Source of the DNA: Lachnospiraceae bacterium
GTDB taxonomy: Bacteria > Bacillota > Clostridia > Lachnospirales > Lachnospiraceae
NCBI GenBank assembly: GCA_022792295.1
Contig: JAAWAR010000111.1
Location: forward strand, 11,447-75,446
DNA: 64,000 nt
Direction of reading: 5' to 3'
Below, piece by piece: positions 22,100-30,672 of the stretch; the stretch's first letter is position 1, and every line of letters starts with the position of its first letter. Under the pieces are notes generated by a model that saw nothing but the letters and a program-made list of their open reading frames with translations, had not been told where the DNA came from and ran no database searches. Position numbers and translations under genes: made by a program.

Positions 22100-22960
22100 A
22101 TGGAAAATGGACGGTCCGGAGTGAATGCGGTTTTGCTGCAGAAGATTGAGGAGCTGCGGACGGAGGGTGCGTTGACAGAGGGCGATGAGAGAATTGCAGG
22201 GCATTTGCTTGCGAATCCGGAGGATTTTGCGTATCTTCCTTTGACGAGGCTGAAGGAAAAGTACGGAATCAGTACGGCGGCGATCACGCGGTTTTCCAGA
22301 AAGCTGGCGTATGGGCGGCTTTCGGATATGCGTATGGATATTTTGCGGTTTAAGGAGGTCCGGCCCTTTTTGTATGCAGACATTTCAAAGACGGGTTCTA
22401 CGACTGCGCGTATTGAGGGGCTTGTGGCGTCTACGATTCATGGGCTTGAGTCTTTGAAGGGGAGTCTGGACGTCAAGCAGGTCAAGGAGGCGGCCAGGCT
22501 TTTGGAGACGGCAGGGCGTGTTGTGGTCACAGGCTTTGGGGGGTCTGCAAGTGTGGCGTATGATGCGTACCACAAATTCCTGCGGGCCGGTAAGCATGTG
22601 GAGATCATCACGGATGCGCATCGTCTGATGATTGCGGCCACTGTGGCGGGGCCGGGGGAAGTGTTTCTTGCAATCAGCGAGTCGGGGAATACCCCGGGGC
22701 AGACGGCGGCCGTAAGGACAGCGAAAGAGCGGGGCGCCGCGGTGATTGCGGTGACGCAGTTTTCCAGGAACGCCTTGAGCCGGCTTGCCGACGTCTGCCT
22801 GCACAGCATGCGGTCGGAGCAGGAGATCAATAAGGCATTGATCTCAAGAGCCGTTTCGTATGCGGTTGTAGATATTTTGTTTATTGAATATTATGTCCGG
22901 GATTCGGAGCGGATCGAACGGCTGCAAAAGGAAATATCGGAGAATACAAAATTATTATAA
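22100..22960 (+). CDS. MurR/RpiR-family regulator
   Basis: ISTAAITRFSRKLAY HTH; SIS domain GFGGS, ISESG. Confidence 0.92.
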   Translation: MENGRSGVNAVLLQKIEELRTEGALTEGDERIAGHLLANPEDFAYLPLTRLKEKYGISTAAITRFSRKLAYGRLSDMRMDILRFKEVRPFLYADISKTGSTTARIEGLVASTIHGLESLKGSLDVKQVKEAARLLETAGRVVVTGFGGSASVAYDAYHKFLRAGKHVEIITDAHRLMIAATVAGPGEVFLAISESGNTPGQTAAVRTAKERGAAVIAVTQFSRNALSRLADVCLHSMRSEQEINKALISRAVSYAVVDILFIEYYVRDSERIERLQKEISENTKLL

Positions 22961-22974
22961 GGAGGAAGTGCAAA

Positions 22975-23877
22975 ATGAAGATCGGTTTTATCGGTGTAGG
23001 GAAAATGGGGCTGGAGATGGCGACCCGGTTAAAAAATGCGGGGCATGAGGTGTACTGCTATGATGTCGGGGAACAGGGGCGCTGGCGTGCGGCGCAGCGC
23101 GGACTTTTTGTCGTAGGCGATGTGGCGGCTTTGTGCGCAGCCTGTATGCCGCCGCGGGTGATCTGGATCCAGACGCCTCCCGGAGAGGCGACCGGAGAGG
23201 CGATTGCAGAGGCGGCGGCGCATTGCCAGGCAGGAGATATTCTCGTGGACGGAGGAAATTCGGATTTTCGCGATTCGTTAAAACGGGCCCGGACGGTTGA
23301 GGAGAAAGGGATTCATTTTATTGATGCAGGCGTGAGCGGCGGCGTAAAAGGTGCAAAAGAGGGCTGCGGTCTGCTGGTCGGCGCTTCGCAGGATTTGTTT
23401 GAACGGCTGACGCCGGTGTTTGAGGCGCTCGCGGCTCGCGGCGGATACGTCCGCGCGGGCAATACCGGGGCTGGCCATTTCGCGAAGATGGTACATAACG
23501 GCGTGGAATACGCGATCATGGAGGCGTACGGGGAGGGCTATGAGCTTCTTTCGGCCTCTGACATCGGCATCGACGTGCTGGCGACGCTGAAGGCGTGGCA
23601 GGGCGGCTGTAGCATCCGTTCTCTGCTCCTGGAGAAGATGATCGAGGCACTGGAGCCGGATGTGGCGCTGGAGGGCATAGCTGATTTTGTGGCGGATTCC
23701 GGCATGGGCCGCTGGACCGTGGAGGAAGGGATTCGCTTAAAGGTGCCGACCCCGGCGATCTATGCCGCGCTGCAGGCAAGGTTTGCCTCGCAGCAGGCAG
23801 AATCCCCCAATATGAAAAGCCTGGCGGCGCTCCGGGGAACGATCGGCGGTCATCCGGTAAAGAAAAAAGGAGAGTAG
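22975..23877 (+). CDS. gnd: Short decarboxylating 6-phosphogluconate dehydrogenase
   Basis: GVGKMG, DGGNS, DAGVSGG, GHFAKMVHNGVEY, DSGMGRWTV, GGH. Confidence 0.92.
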   Translation: MKIGFIGVGKMGLEMATRLKNAGHEVYCYDVGEQGRWRAAQRGLFVVGDVAALCAACMPPRVIWIQTPPGEATGEAIAEAAAHCQAGDILVDGGNSDFRDSLKRARTVEEKGIHFIDAGVSGGVKGAKEGCGLLVGASQDLFERLTPVFEALAARGGYVRAGNTGAGHFAKMVHNGVEYAIMEAYGEGYELLSASDIGIDVLATLKAWQGGCSIRSLLLEKMIEALEPDVALEGIADFVADSGMGRWTVEEGIRLKVPTPAIYAALQARFASQQAESPNMKSLAALRGTIGGHPVKKKGE

Positions 23878-23879
23878 AA

Positions 23880-24416
23880 ATGGGAGAGCAGATCAAAGAA
23901 AGAGTATCGGTGATTTTAAAGGAGCACGAGGCGCTCCTTGCATGCCTAAACGAGGAAGCGCTTGAGAGTCTGGCGGAAAAAATAGCAAATGCGCGTGCGG
24001 TGTTTTTCACGGCGCAGGGTCGTTCGGGAAACATGGCAAGGGCTCTGGCGATCCGGTTTTTACATATGGGGATCGCAGTCCATGTTGCCGGGGAGCCGAG
24101 TACGCCGGCGATAGGAGCGGGGGATCTTTTGATCGCAATCTCCTCCTCCGCCAAGACGAAAATTACATTAAACCATCTGGAAACCGCAAAAAAGGAAAGA
24201 GCGGCGACGGCCCTCCTTACGGCGGCCGAGGACCCGGGCGTCAGCGACATGTATGTACGAATTCCCGCGAAGACAGGGATTCCTTCCGTACAGCATGCGG
24301 GCTCCCTGTTTGAACAGGCCATCCTTCTTGTGGGCGATGCGCTTGCATGGTATGTGCAGGGGCGGCTGGGGGCGAGTGAGGAGAGCATGAACCAGAGACA
24401 TTCCAACTTACAGTAA
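23880..24416 (+). CDS. hxlB: SIS-domain 6-phospho-3-hexuloisomerase-like protein
   Basis: GRSG..RFLHMG, TPAIGAGDLLIAISSS, GSLFEQ, C-terminal RHSNLQ. Confidence 0.85.
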   Translation: MGEQIKERVSVILKEHEALLACLNEEALESLAEKIANARAVFFTAQGRSGNMARALAIRFLHMGIAVHVAGEPSTPAIGAGDLLIAISSSAKTKITLNHLETAKKERAATALLTAAEDPGVSDMYVRIPAKTGIPSVQHAGSLFEQAILLVGDALAWYVQGRLGASEESMNQRHSNLQ

Positions 24417-24430
24417 ACGGAGGAGGAAAT

Positions 24431-25873
24431 ATGCTGGTATTGGGGCTGGAGGCGAGCACAACCTCCGCAAAGGCCATGCTGTATGACAGCGAAGAGGGAG
24501 TGCTCGCCCTAGAGACAGAGAGCTACAGGAAAAATCAGGCGTTTGCAGGGCTTGAGGAGGGAATGCTGGACGCCGAGACGGTGTACAAGAAGCTGATGGC
24601 CGTCGGCGCACGGGCCGCAAAGGGGAGGCCCGTTGCCTGCATCGCGGTTTCCGCGACCTGGCAGAGCCTCCTTGTCTGTGACCCGGGAGGAACGCCCATC
24701 CTGCCGCTCATGCTCTGGTCCTGCCGGAGGGCGGAGGCAGTCAGCCGGAGGATCGGCCGCAATAAGGAGCAGGCAGACCGGATCTATCGGCGGACCGGAG
24801 CAATCGTGAATGCCTCATATCCGCTTTTTAAGCTTTTGTACCTGAAAGAGGAGGGCTATGACCTCACAAAGCTGCGGTTTTGCGGCAGTGGAAGCCATCT
24901 GACGAAGCGTATGACCGGGGAAGAACTGGTGACGGAGTCTATGGCTTCCGGCAGCGGGCTTTTTAACGGGGAAAAGAGAGGCTGGGATTTGGAAATCCTT
25001 TCGGCGCTTGGAATCCATGAGGCACAGTTTTTTCCGCTCGGCAGTTACCGGGATACAAAACCGCTTGCCAGGGAGGCGGCAGAGCTTCTTGGAGTTAGGC
25101 AGGGGATCCCCGTCGTTCCCGCGGAGCCGGACGGCGGCTTGGACCAGATCGGTGCAGGGGCGATGGAGGAGTGTGTTATGACCTTTTCCATGGGCACCAG
25201 CGGGTCGCTCCGGCTGCGGACAGACGGGCCGCGAAAATCAAAGACGCCGGGGACATGGTGCTATCTGGCACCAACCGGGGAGTGGCTTAGCGGGATCGGG
25301 ACTTCAGGCTGTACGAATTGCGTGGACTGGGTGAAGGAGAAGTTTTTCCCGTCCGGAACGAGCTATCAGGAGATCGAGAAGCGTTTAAAGCTTTTTGGCA
25401 GTGCACCGATTTTCCTTCCGTTTGTTTTCGGAGAACGCGGGCCTGCCTGGACGAATATGCGAAAGGGCGGGTTTGTGAACATCCTTGGTGAGCATGGGCC
25501 AGAGGCGTTTTATTATGCTGTCCTGGAAGGCGTTTTGTTTAACCTGTATCAATGCTATGAGCTTTTATGCGAGGTCAACAAGACGCCGCATACGATAAAG
25601 CTTTCGGGCGGTGTGTTGCATTCGCCTGTGTGGAGCGCGATGTGTGCCGATCTTTTCGGAAGGGAGCTGGAGGTGGTGAGCCAGAAACACTCCTCCGTCT
25701 TGGGTGCGGTCGCCCTGGGGCTTGTGGCATCGGGCTGCCTCCGGAATGTGGGAGAATTTCGGGCACTTCCCCAAAAAGAAAAACGGATGCTCGTACCAGG
25801 CGGGGACCGGGGCTATTATATGGAACGGTATCGGGAATATCTGAAGTTTTATAGAGACGGTTCGCTGCAATGA
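24431..25873 (+). CDS. FGGY carbohydrate kinase, gluconokinase-like
   Basis: LEASTTSAKA, ASGSGL, DGGL..IGAG, GTSG, FLPFVFGERGP, LSGG. Confidence 0.85.
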   Translation: MLVLGLEASTTSAKAMLYDSEEGVLALETESYRKNQAFAGLEEGMLDAETVYKKLMAVGARAAKGRPVACIAVSATWQSLLVCDPGGTPILPLMLWSCRRAEAVSRRIGRNKEQADRIYRRTGAIVNASYPLFKLLYLKEEGYDLTKLRFCGSGSHLTKRMTGEELVTESMASGSGLFNGEKRGWDLEILSALGIHEAQFFPLGSYRDTKPLAREAAELLGVRQGIPVVPAEPDGGLDQIGAGAMEECVMTFSMGTSGSLRLRTDGPRKSKTPGTWCYLAPTGEWLSGIGTSGCTNCVDWVKEKFFPSGTSYQEIEKRLKLFGSAPIFLPFVFGERGPAWTNMRKGGFVNILGEHGPEAFYYAVLEGVLFNLYQCYELLCEVNKTPHTIKLSGGVLHSPVWSAMCADLFGRELEVVSQKHSSVLGAVALGLVASGCLRNVGEFRALPQKEKRMLVPGGDRGYYMERYREYLKFYRDGSLQ

Positions 25874-26177
25874 CCATGTATCCCTTTGTCCACGGGGACA
25901 TCCTCGGCAGACGATAAATAAATTCGCTGTTTTGCAGCAGTTCAGGAAAATATGCAAGGGTCCGCAGAAAGGCTGGGTCAGGCAGCCGGCAGCGGACCTT
26001 TCTGTGCCCATACCTGCCTGCCAGAACTGGCTGTTTTGCCGTACACTGTCAAGATAGAAATTTTTATTTACGTGGCGTTAAAATGTTGGTATACTCTTTC
26101 TTAATGAACCGTGTTGGAGAGGGGGGATGACCTCTTATTCCCACGGGCTGGGGGTAATTCTTATGGGCAGAGTAACT

Positions 26178-27230
26178 ATGCCGGATATTTATGGAACGCT
26201 TGGGCCGGGCTGTGCAGATGAGGCTGTGCTTCGGCAGATGTTTTCGTTTGGGATGACGGGCATGCGGCTGAATCTTTCGCATGGATCGCTCAAGGAATTC
26301 AAAGAAATGATTCACGGGATGCAAAGGGCTGCTGCTGCCTGCGGGGTCCGGCCACAGCTTTTGCTCGATCTGCAGGGACCGGAGCTGCGGACCGGCGTCC
26401 TTCCTGCGCCGCTATTTCTGAAGGAAGGGGAGACGGTGCGGCTTGGAGAGAAAGGAATTCCGATGCAGGAGATGGTCCTTGGTGCGCTTTTGCCCGAACA
26501 GAAGCTGCTTCTTGATGACGGAAAGCTTCTTCTGGAGGTGAGAGAGTGCACAGAGATTCCTGGAAAGGCCCCGGCAGTCAGCGCGCTTGTGCTGCGGGGC
26601 GGAGTTTTGAAAAACCGCAAAAGCGTGGCGCTTCCCGGCTTGCGGCTGTACCCGCCGGCGCTGACAGAGGCTGATTTGGAAAATCTGAAGATGGCCGCCG
26701 AATACGGGGTCACGGCCGTTATGCAGCCGTTTGTGAGAAACAGGGCCGATCTTCGGGAGGTTCGGGAGGCGCTTCTTACGGCCGGAGGCGGGGCAATCCG
26801 CTTGTTTGCCAAGATCGAAAACCTGGATGGGGTAAGACAGATCGACGAGCTGCTTCCTGCGGCGGATGAGATCGTGATCGCCCGTGGAGATCTGGGGAAC
26901 GCGGTCCCGCTTTGGAAGCTGCCTGCGCTGCAGAAATTCCTGGCGAAAAAATGCCGGGAGGCCCAAAAGCCGTTTATGGTAGTAACGCAGCTTCTTGCTT
27001 CCATGGAACAGAACCCGGTTCCGACGCGTGCGGAAGTAAGTGATATTTTCAATGCGGTCTTAGACGGCGCCGCATCTTTGATGGTCACGGGAGAGACGGC
27101 CGCCGGGCGTTATCCGGCGGAGGCAGTCCGCTACCTGGCAGAGACGGCCGCAAGTGCCGCAGAATGGCTGCGGCACGACTTTTCTCTCACGGATCTGGAA
27201 GATACGTCGGAAGACGTAAATGAATGGTAA
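26178..27230 (+). CDS. pyk: Pyruvate kinase, short form lacking the C-terminal domain
   Basis: RLNLSHG, DLQGPELR, AKIE, ARGDLG, PTRAEVSD, GETA; about 350 aa. Confidence 0.85.
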   Translation: MPDIYGTLGPGCADEAVLRQMFSFGMTGMRLNLSHGSLKEFKEMIHGMQRAAAACGVRPQLLLDLQGPELRTGVLPAPLFLKEGETVRLGEKGIPMQEMVLGALLPEQKLLLDDGKLLLEVRECTEIPGKAPAVSALVLRGGVLKNRKSVALPGLRLYPPALTEADLENLKMAAEYGVTAVMQPFVRNRADLREVREALLTAGGGAIRLFAKIENLDGVRQIDELLPAADEIVIARGDLGNAVPLWKLPALQKFLAKKCREAQKPFMVVTQLLASMEQNPVPTRAEVSDIFNAVLDGAASLMVTGETAAGRYPAEAVRYLAETAASAAEWLRHDFSLTDLEDTSEDVNEW

Positions 27231-27343
27231 AGCCTGTATGGCGGAAATAAAGCCATGCTTAAAAAGCATGGCAGAAGCCAAGAAAGGAAAACAAATCTGT
27301 CCGCAGGCGGGGCGCAACAGAGCCCGCCGTCAGGAGTCTCGTT

Positions 27344-27817
27344 TTAATCCTTTGCCATGCAGATCGTGCCCGTTCGCTGAAGCTCAAGAATCCCGAAGCT
27401 CCGGACGAGCTCGATAAAGTCTGAAATCACGTCAGGCGCAGCATGGAACTCAATCACCATATTTTTGGCGGAGACATGTTTGATCTGCGCACCCATCACG
27501 CTGCATAGCTCGATCAGAGAGGCCCGGTTTGTCAAGGAGTAGGAAACCTTGATTAACATCATTTCCAGCAGCACGCTCCGGGTCTCCTCGAGCCTGCGCA
27601 CCTTAATCACATCCAGTTTTTTATTCAGATGCTTTTCAATCTGGTCGATGGTTCTCTGATCTCCGGTTGATACGATCGTCATGCTGGAGATGTCCTGCCG
27701 TTCGGTTTCTCCGACGGCGAGACTGTCTATGTTGAAGCCTCTCCTTGCAAACAGGCCGGAAATCTGCGAGAGGACGCCGTCTTTATTTTCCACCAGTACT
27801 GAAAAAATCCCTTTCAT
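27344..27817 (-). CDS. ilvN: Acetolactate synthase small subunit
   Basis: VENKDGVLSQISGLFARRGFNIDSLAVG, ELQRTG. Confidence 0.95.
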   Translation of the reverse strand: MKGIFSVLVENKDGVLSQISGLFARRGFNIDSLAVGETERQDISSMTIVSTGDQRTIDQIEKHLNKKLDVIKVRRLEETRSVLLEMMLIKVSYSLTNRASLIELCSVMGAQIKHVSAKNMVIEFHAAPDVISDFIELVRSFGILELQRTGTICMAKD

Positions 27818-27830
27818 TTTATGCGCCTCC

Positions 27831-29453
27831 CTACTTCGTATTATTCGCGCTGTCAACCTCACAGACCATGAGACAGGCCCCCTTGCAGGCTAGGAACCGG
27901 TCAAGTGCCCCGTCTAAGGCTTCGTTGTCGCTGCATGTAAAATAGTCCATGTCATAGGCCTCGGCGATCTTATCGTATTTTGGATAATCGTAGAGCTGGA
28001 CGCCCGAATAGTGGCTGTCATAGACCTTTTCCTGATGCTCGCGTACGAGGCCAAGAAACTCGTTTTTGACAATAAGAATCTTGACGGGAAGCCGGTTGAC
28101 CGCGATCGTTGCCAGCTCATACATGGACATCTGGAAGGCCCCGTCCCCGCAGACGGCAACTGTCTGAAGATCCGGCATACAGACCTTCGCACCGATGGCG
28201 GCCGGGATCGAATAGCCCATTGTGCCCATACCGCCCGTTGTTAAAAAGCGGCCGTTTTTCATCACATAGTTGTCTGCGGACCAGAGCTGATTCTGCCCGA
28301 CATCGGCCACGTAGATTGCATTGTCGTCCATTTTTTCCGAGAGACGCTGGACAAGAAGCATGGGGTTGACGAGCCGGTCGCTGAAGATCCGGTGATCCAC
28401 GGTGTTCCGCTTAATTTCCTCAAGGGCCGCGATCCAGTCGGAGGTATCGAGGCCGAAATCCTCGGTAAGAAGGCGCTCGAAGATGCCTTTTACGTCTCCG
28501 ACCAGGGGGAGAGTGGGACCTAAATTTTTTCCGATCTCGGCCGTGTCGATGTCGATGTGAATGATATTGACCTGGCGTTCGAGGCTTTCCGGCTTCGGGA
28601 CGGCCCGGTCTGCGATACGCGCGCCGACGATGATCAAAAGGTCGCTGGCGGCGACAGCCCGGTTGGCATAGGGCTTTCCGTTGTTGCCAAGCATGCCGAA
28701 ATAGAGGGGATGCGCTTTGGGGAGGACACCGATGCCCATCATCGTGGAGACCAGGGGAACCTGGTTTTTCTCACAAAAGCTTCGTACGCACTCCTCACTG
28801 TTGCCTAAAATCACGCCGCCGCCGACACATAACAGCGGCTTTTTTGCCTTGCGGATCGCGGCGATGACCTTATTCATCTGCTGATTGTTGCCCTTTGTAT
28901 TGGGCTTATAGCCGCGGATGTTGACTTCCTCGGGGTAAGAGAACGGTTTTTTCAGATTCGCTAACTGGACGTCGCAGGGGATGTCAATGAGCACAGGGCC
29001 CTTGCGCCCGGTGGAGGCGATGTAAAAGGCCTCTTTCATGATCTGCGTAAGCTCGTCGGCATTTTTGACGAGATAGCTGTATTTGACAAAGGATTCGGTA
29101 GAGCCGCGCATATCGGCCTCCTGGAATACATCGCGTCCGAGAAGGCTGCTATCGACCTGCCCGGTAATCGCGACGAGGGGAATGCTGTCGGCGTAGGCCG
29201 TGGCGAGGGCGGTAATGAGATTCGTCGCTCCGGGGCCCGACGAGGTGACACAGACTGCGGGTTTTCTGGATATTCTTGCGTAACCATTAGCGGCATGGCC
29301 GGCCGCCTGTTCCTGACGGACCAAGATATGTTCAATGGAATCGGAATGATAGACGGCCTCATAAAAGGGCGCGATGGCAACTCCCGGATAGCCGAAAATC
29401 CGCGTAATGCCCTCTGCTTCGAGGCATCTGACCATGGCTTGTGCACCGTTCAT
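27831..29453 (-). CDS. ilvB: Acetolactate synthase large subunit
   Basis: MNGAQ, FGYPG, SGPGATN, DVGQNQLW, GDGAFQM TPP motif. Confidence 0.95.
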   Translation of the reverse strand: MNGAQAMVRCLEAEGITRIFGYPGVAIAPFYEAVYHSDSIEHILVRQEQAAGHAANGYARISRKPAVCVTSSGPGATNLITALATAYADSIPLVAITGQVDSSLLGRDVFQEADMRGSTESFVKYSYLVKNADELTQIMKEAFYIASTGRKGPVLIDIPCDVQLANLKKPFSYPEEVNIRGYKPNTKGNNQQMNKVIAAIRKAKKPLLCVGGGVILGNSEECVRSFCEKNQVPLVSTMMGIGVLPKAHPLYFGMLGNNGKPYANRAVAASDLLIIVGARIADRAVPKPESLERQVNIIHIDIDTAEIGKNLGPTLPLVGDVKGIFERLLTEDFGLDTSDWIAALEEIKRNTVDHRIFSDRLVNPMLLVQRLSEKMDDNAIYVADVGQNQLWSADNYVMKNGRFLTTGGMGTMGYSIPAAIGAKVCMPDLQTVAVCGDGAFQMSMYELATIAVNRLPVKILIVKNEFLGLVREHQEKVYDSHYSGVQLYDYPKYDKIAEAYDMDYFTCSDNEALDGALDRFLACKGACLMVCEVDSANNTK

Positions 29454-29723
29454 TCGTGCTCCTCCTGTTTCATTAGAAATTGATATTTGGAAAAAAAGAG
29501 ATACCGATACCGTAGCATAAGATAGGAGAGTTGTCAAGCGCGTGGGTAGAGTGCTCATAATTGTAATGAAGTCGAAATTCCTCTAATATTATAAGAAATT
29601 ATCTGCTGCATTTTGGCACCCGGCCAAACCGGAGCAGATATTTACTTACAAAAGGAGCCTTCCCGGAATCTCTCTTGCATAAGGAGACTGTGTGGGGCAC
29701 GCAAAGAAGAAACGGAGGAAAAC

Positions 29724-30323
29724 ATGGAGAACAGGATTTACGGGTATATCCGCGTATCAACCAAGGAGCAGAAAGAAGACAGACAGCGGGCGGCCATGAA
29801 GGAGTTTGGCGTGCCTTCCGACTGCGTGTTTATGGACAAGCAGTCCGGCAAGGATTTCAAACGGCCAGGCTACAGGCGGCTGATGCGAATGCTCAAGCCG
29901 TCCGACACGCTGGTAATTAAAAGCATTGACCGGTTGGGCCGGAATTATGAGGAGATCCTGGCACAGTGGAGGATTATCACCAAGGAAAAGCAGGCCTCCG
30001 TCGTGGTATTGGACATGCCGCTTTTGGATACGAGAGAGGGACGGGATTTGACGGGGACATTGATCGCGGACATCGTTTTGCAGCTTCTCTCATATGTTGC
30101 ACAGACAGAACGGGACTTTATCAGACAGAGGCAGGCGGAAGGGATTGCGGCAGCCAAGGCACGCGGAGTACGCTTTGGACGGGAGGCGATGGTACGGCCG
30201 GAGCTTTATGAGAGGCTGTGCGAGGAATGGAAAAGCGGAAGGGTATCGGCGAGGAGAGCGGCCAAGATATTGGGAATTACGCATCGAACATTTTTAAAGT
30301 GGGTGCGGAAGGAGTCGTGGTAA
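29724..30323 (+). CDS. Small serine recombinase (Hin/resolvase-invertase type)
   Basis: GGAGG RBS; YGYIRVST catalytic Ser, SIDRLGR, RQRQAEGIAAAKARGVRFGR, C-terminal HTH SARRAAKILGITHRTF. Confidence 0.95.
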   Translation: MENRIYGYIRVSTKEQKEDRQRAAMKEFGVPSDCVFMDKQSGKDFKRPGYRRLMRMLKPSDTLVIKSIDRLGRNYEEILAQWRIITKEKQASVVVLDMPLLDTREGRDLTGTLIADIVLQLLSYVAQTERDFIRQRQAEGIAAAKARGVRFGREAMVRPELYERLCEEWKSGRVSARRAAKILGITHRTFLKWVRKESW

Positions 30324-30503
30324 ATATTTGATACAGCCGGAAATCATCCGTGTGTGTCCATATAAAAGGAGGGTTAAAAGGAGCCTGTAAACCGAGGAGC
30401 AAGGCCTTTTTGGAATGGGAAATATTTTACATTTTTTAACTTTTTAAACGTGTAAACGGGAAAAATATCTAGGGAACTTTGTATGCCTAGCCTGTAATAA
30501 TTT

Positions 30504-30529
30504 GGATAAAAAAGTACAGTTTGGTATCC
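30504..30529 (+). repeat. Left invertase crossover site (26 bp, hix-like)
   Basis: GGATAAAAAAGT-AC-AGTTTGGTATCC (12+2+12); 30513-30533 is a perfect 21-bp inverted repeat of 30618-30638. Confidence 0.88.
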
Positions 30530-30581
30530 GCCAGAAAAAGGTGCCCTTTTATATACCTTATAGCGCACAAACTACGTAAAT

Positions 30582-30610
30582 ATCATAGCATAATCCATCT
30601 ATGATTGCAA
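30582..30610 (-). promoter_or_regulatory. Invertible sigmaA promoter, currently facing away from tnpB and the glycan cluster (OFF)
   Basis: Minus strand TTGCAA-N17-TATGAT with extended -10 TGn, lying between the two inverted sites. Confidence 0.85.
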
Positions 30611-30621
30611 TACCCCTTGGC

Positions 30622-30647
30622 GGATACCAAACTGTACTCTGGTATCC
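30622..30647 (-). repeat. Right invertase crossover site (26 bp, hix-like)
   Basis: Plus strand GGATACCAAACT-GT-ACTCTGGTATCC; half-sites 10/12 palindromic; core inverted relative to the left site. Confidence 0.88.
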
Positions 30648-30672
30648 ATTCAGGGGTTTTTTGGAGGTACAG

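Noticed and set aside
29600-29715. c-di-GMP-I riboswitch upstream of the recombinase
   Set aside because: ggccaaacc and acgcaaag fragments are present but spacing and the GNRA hairpin do not fit; a cmsearch would settle it
30601-30672. ORF-track N-terminal extension of TnpB
   Set aside because: Runs through the crossover site; RBS and family homology begin at ATG 30673
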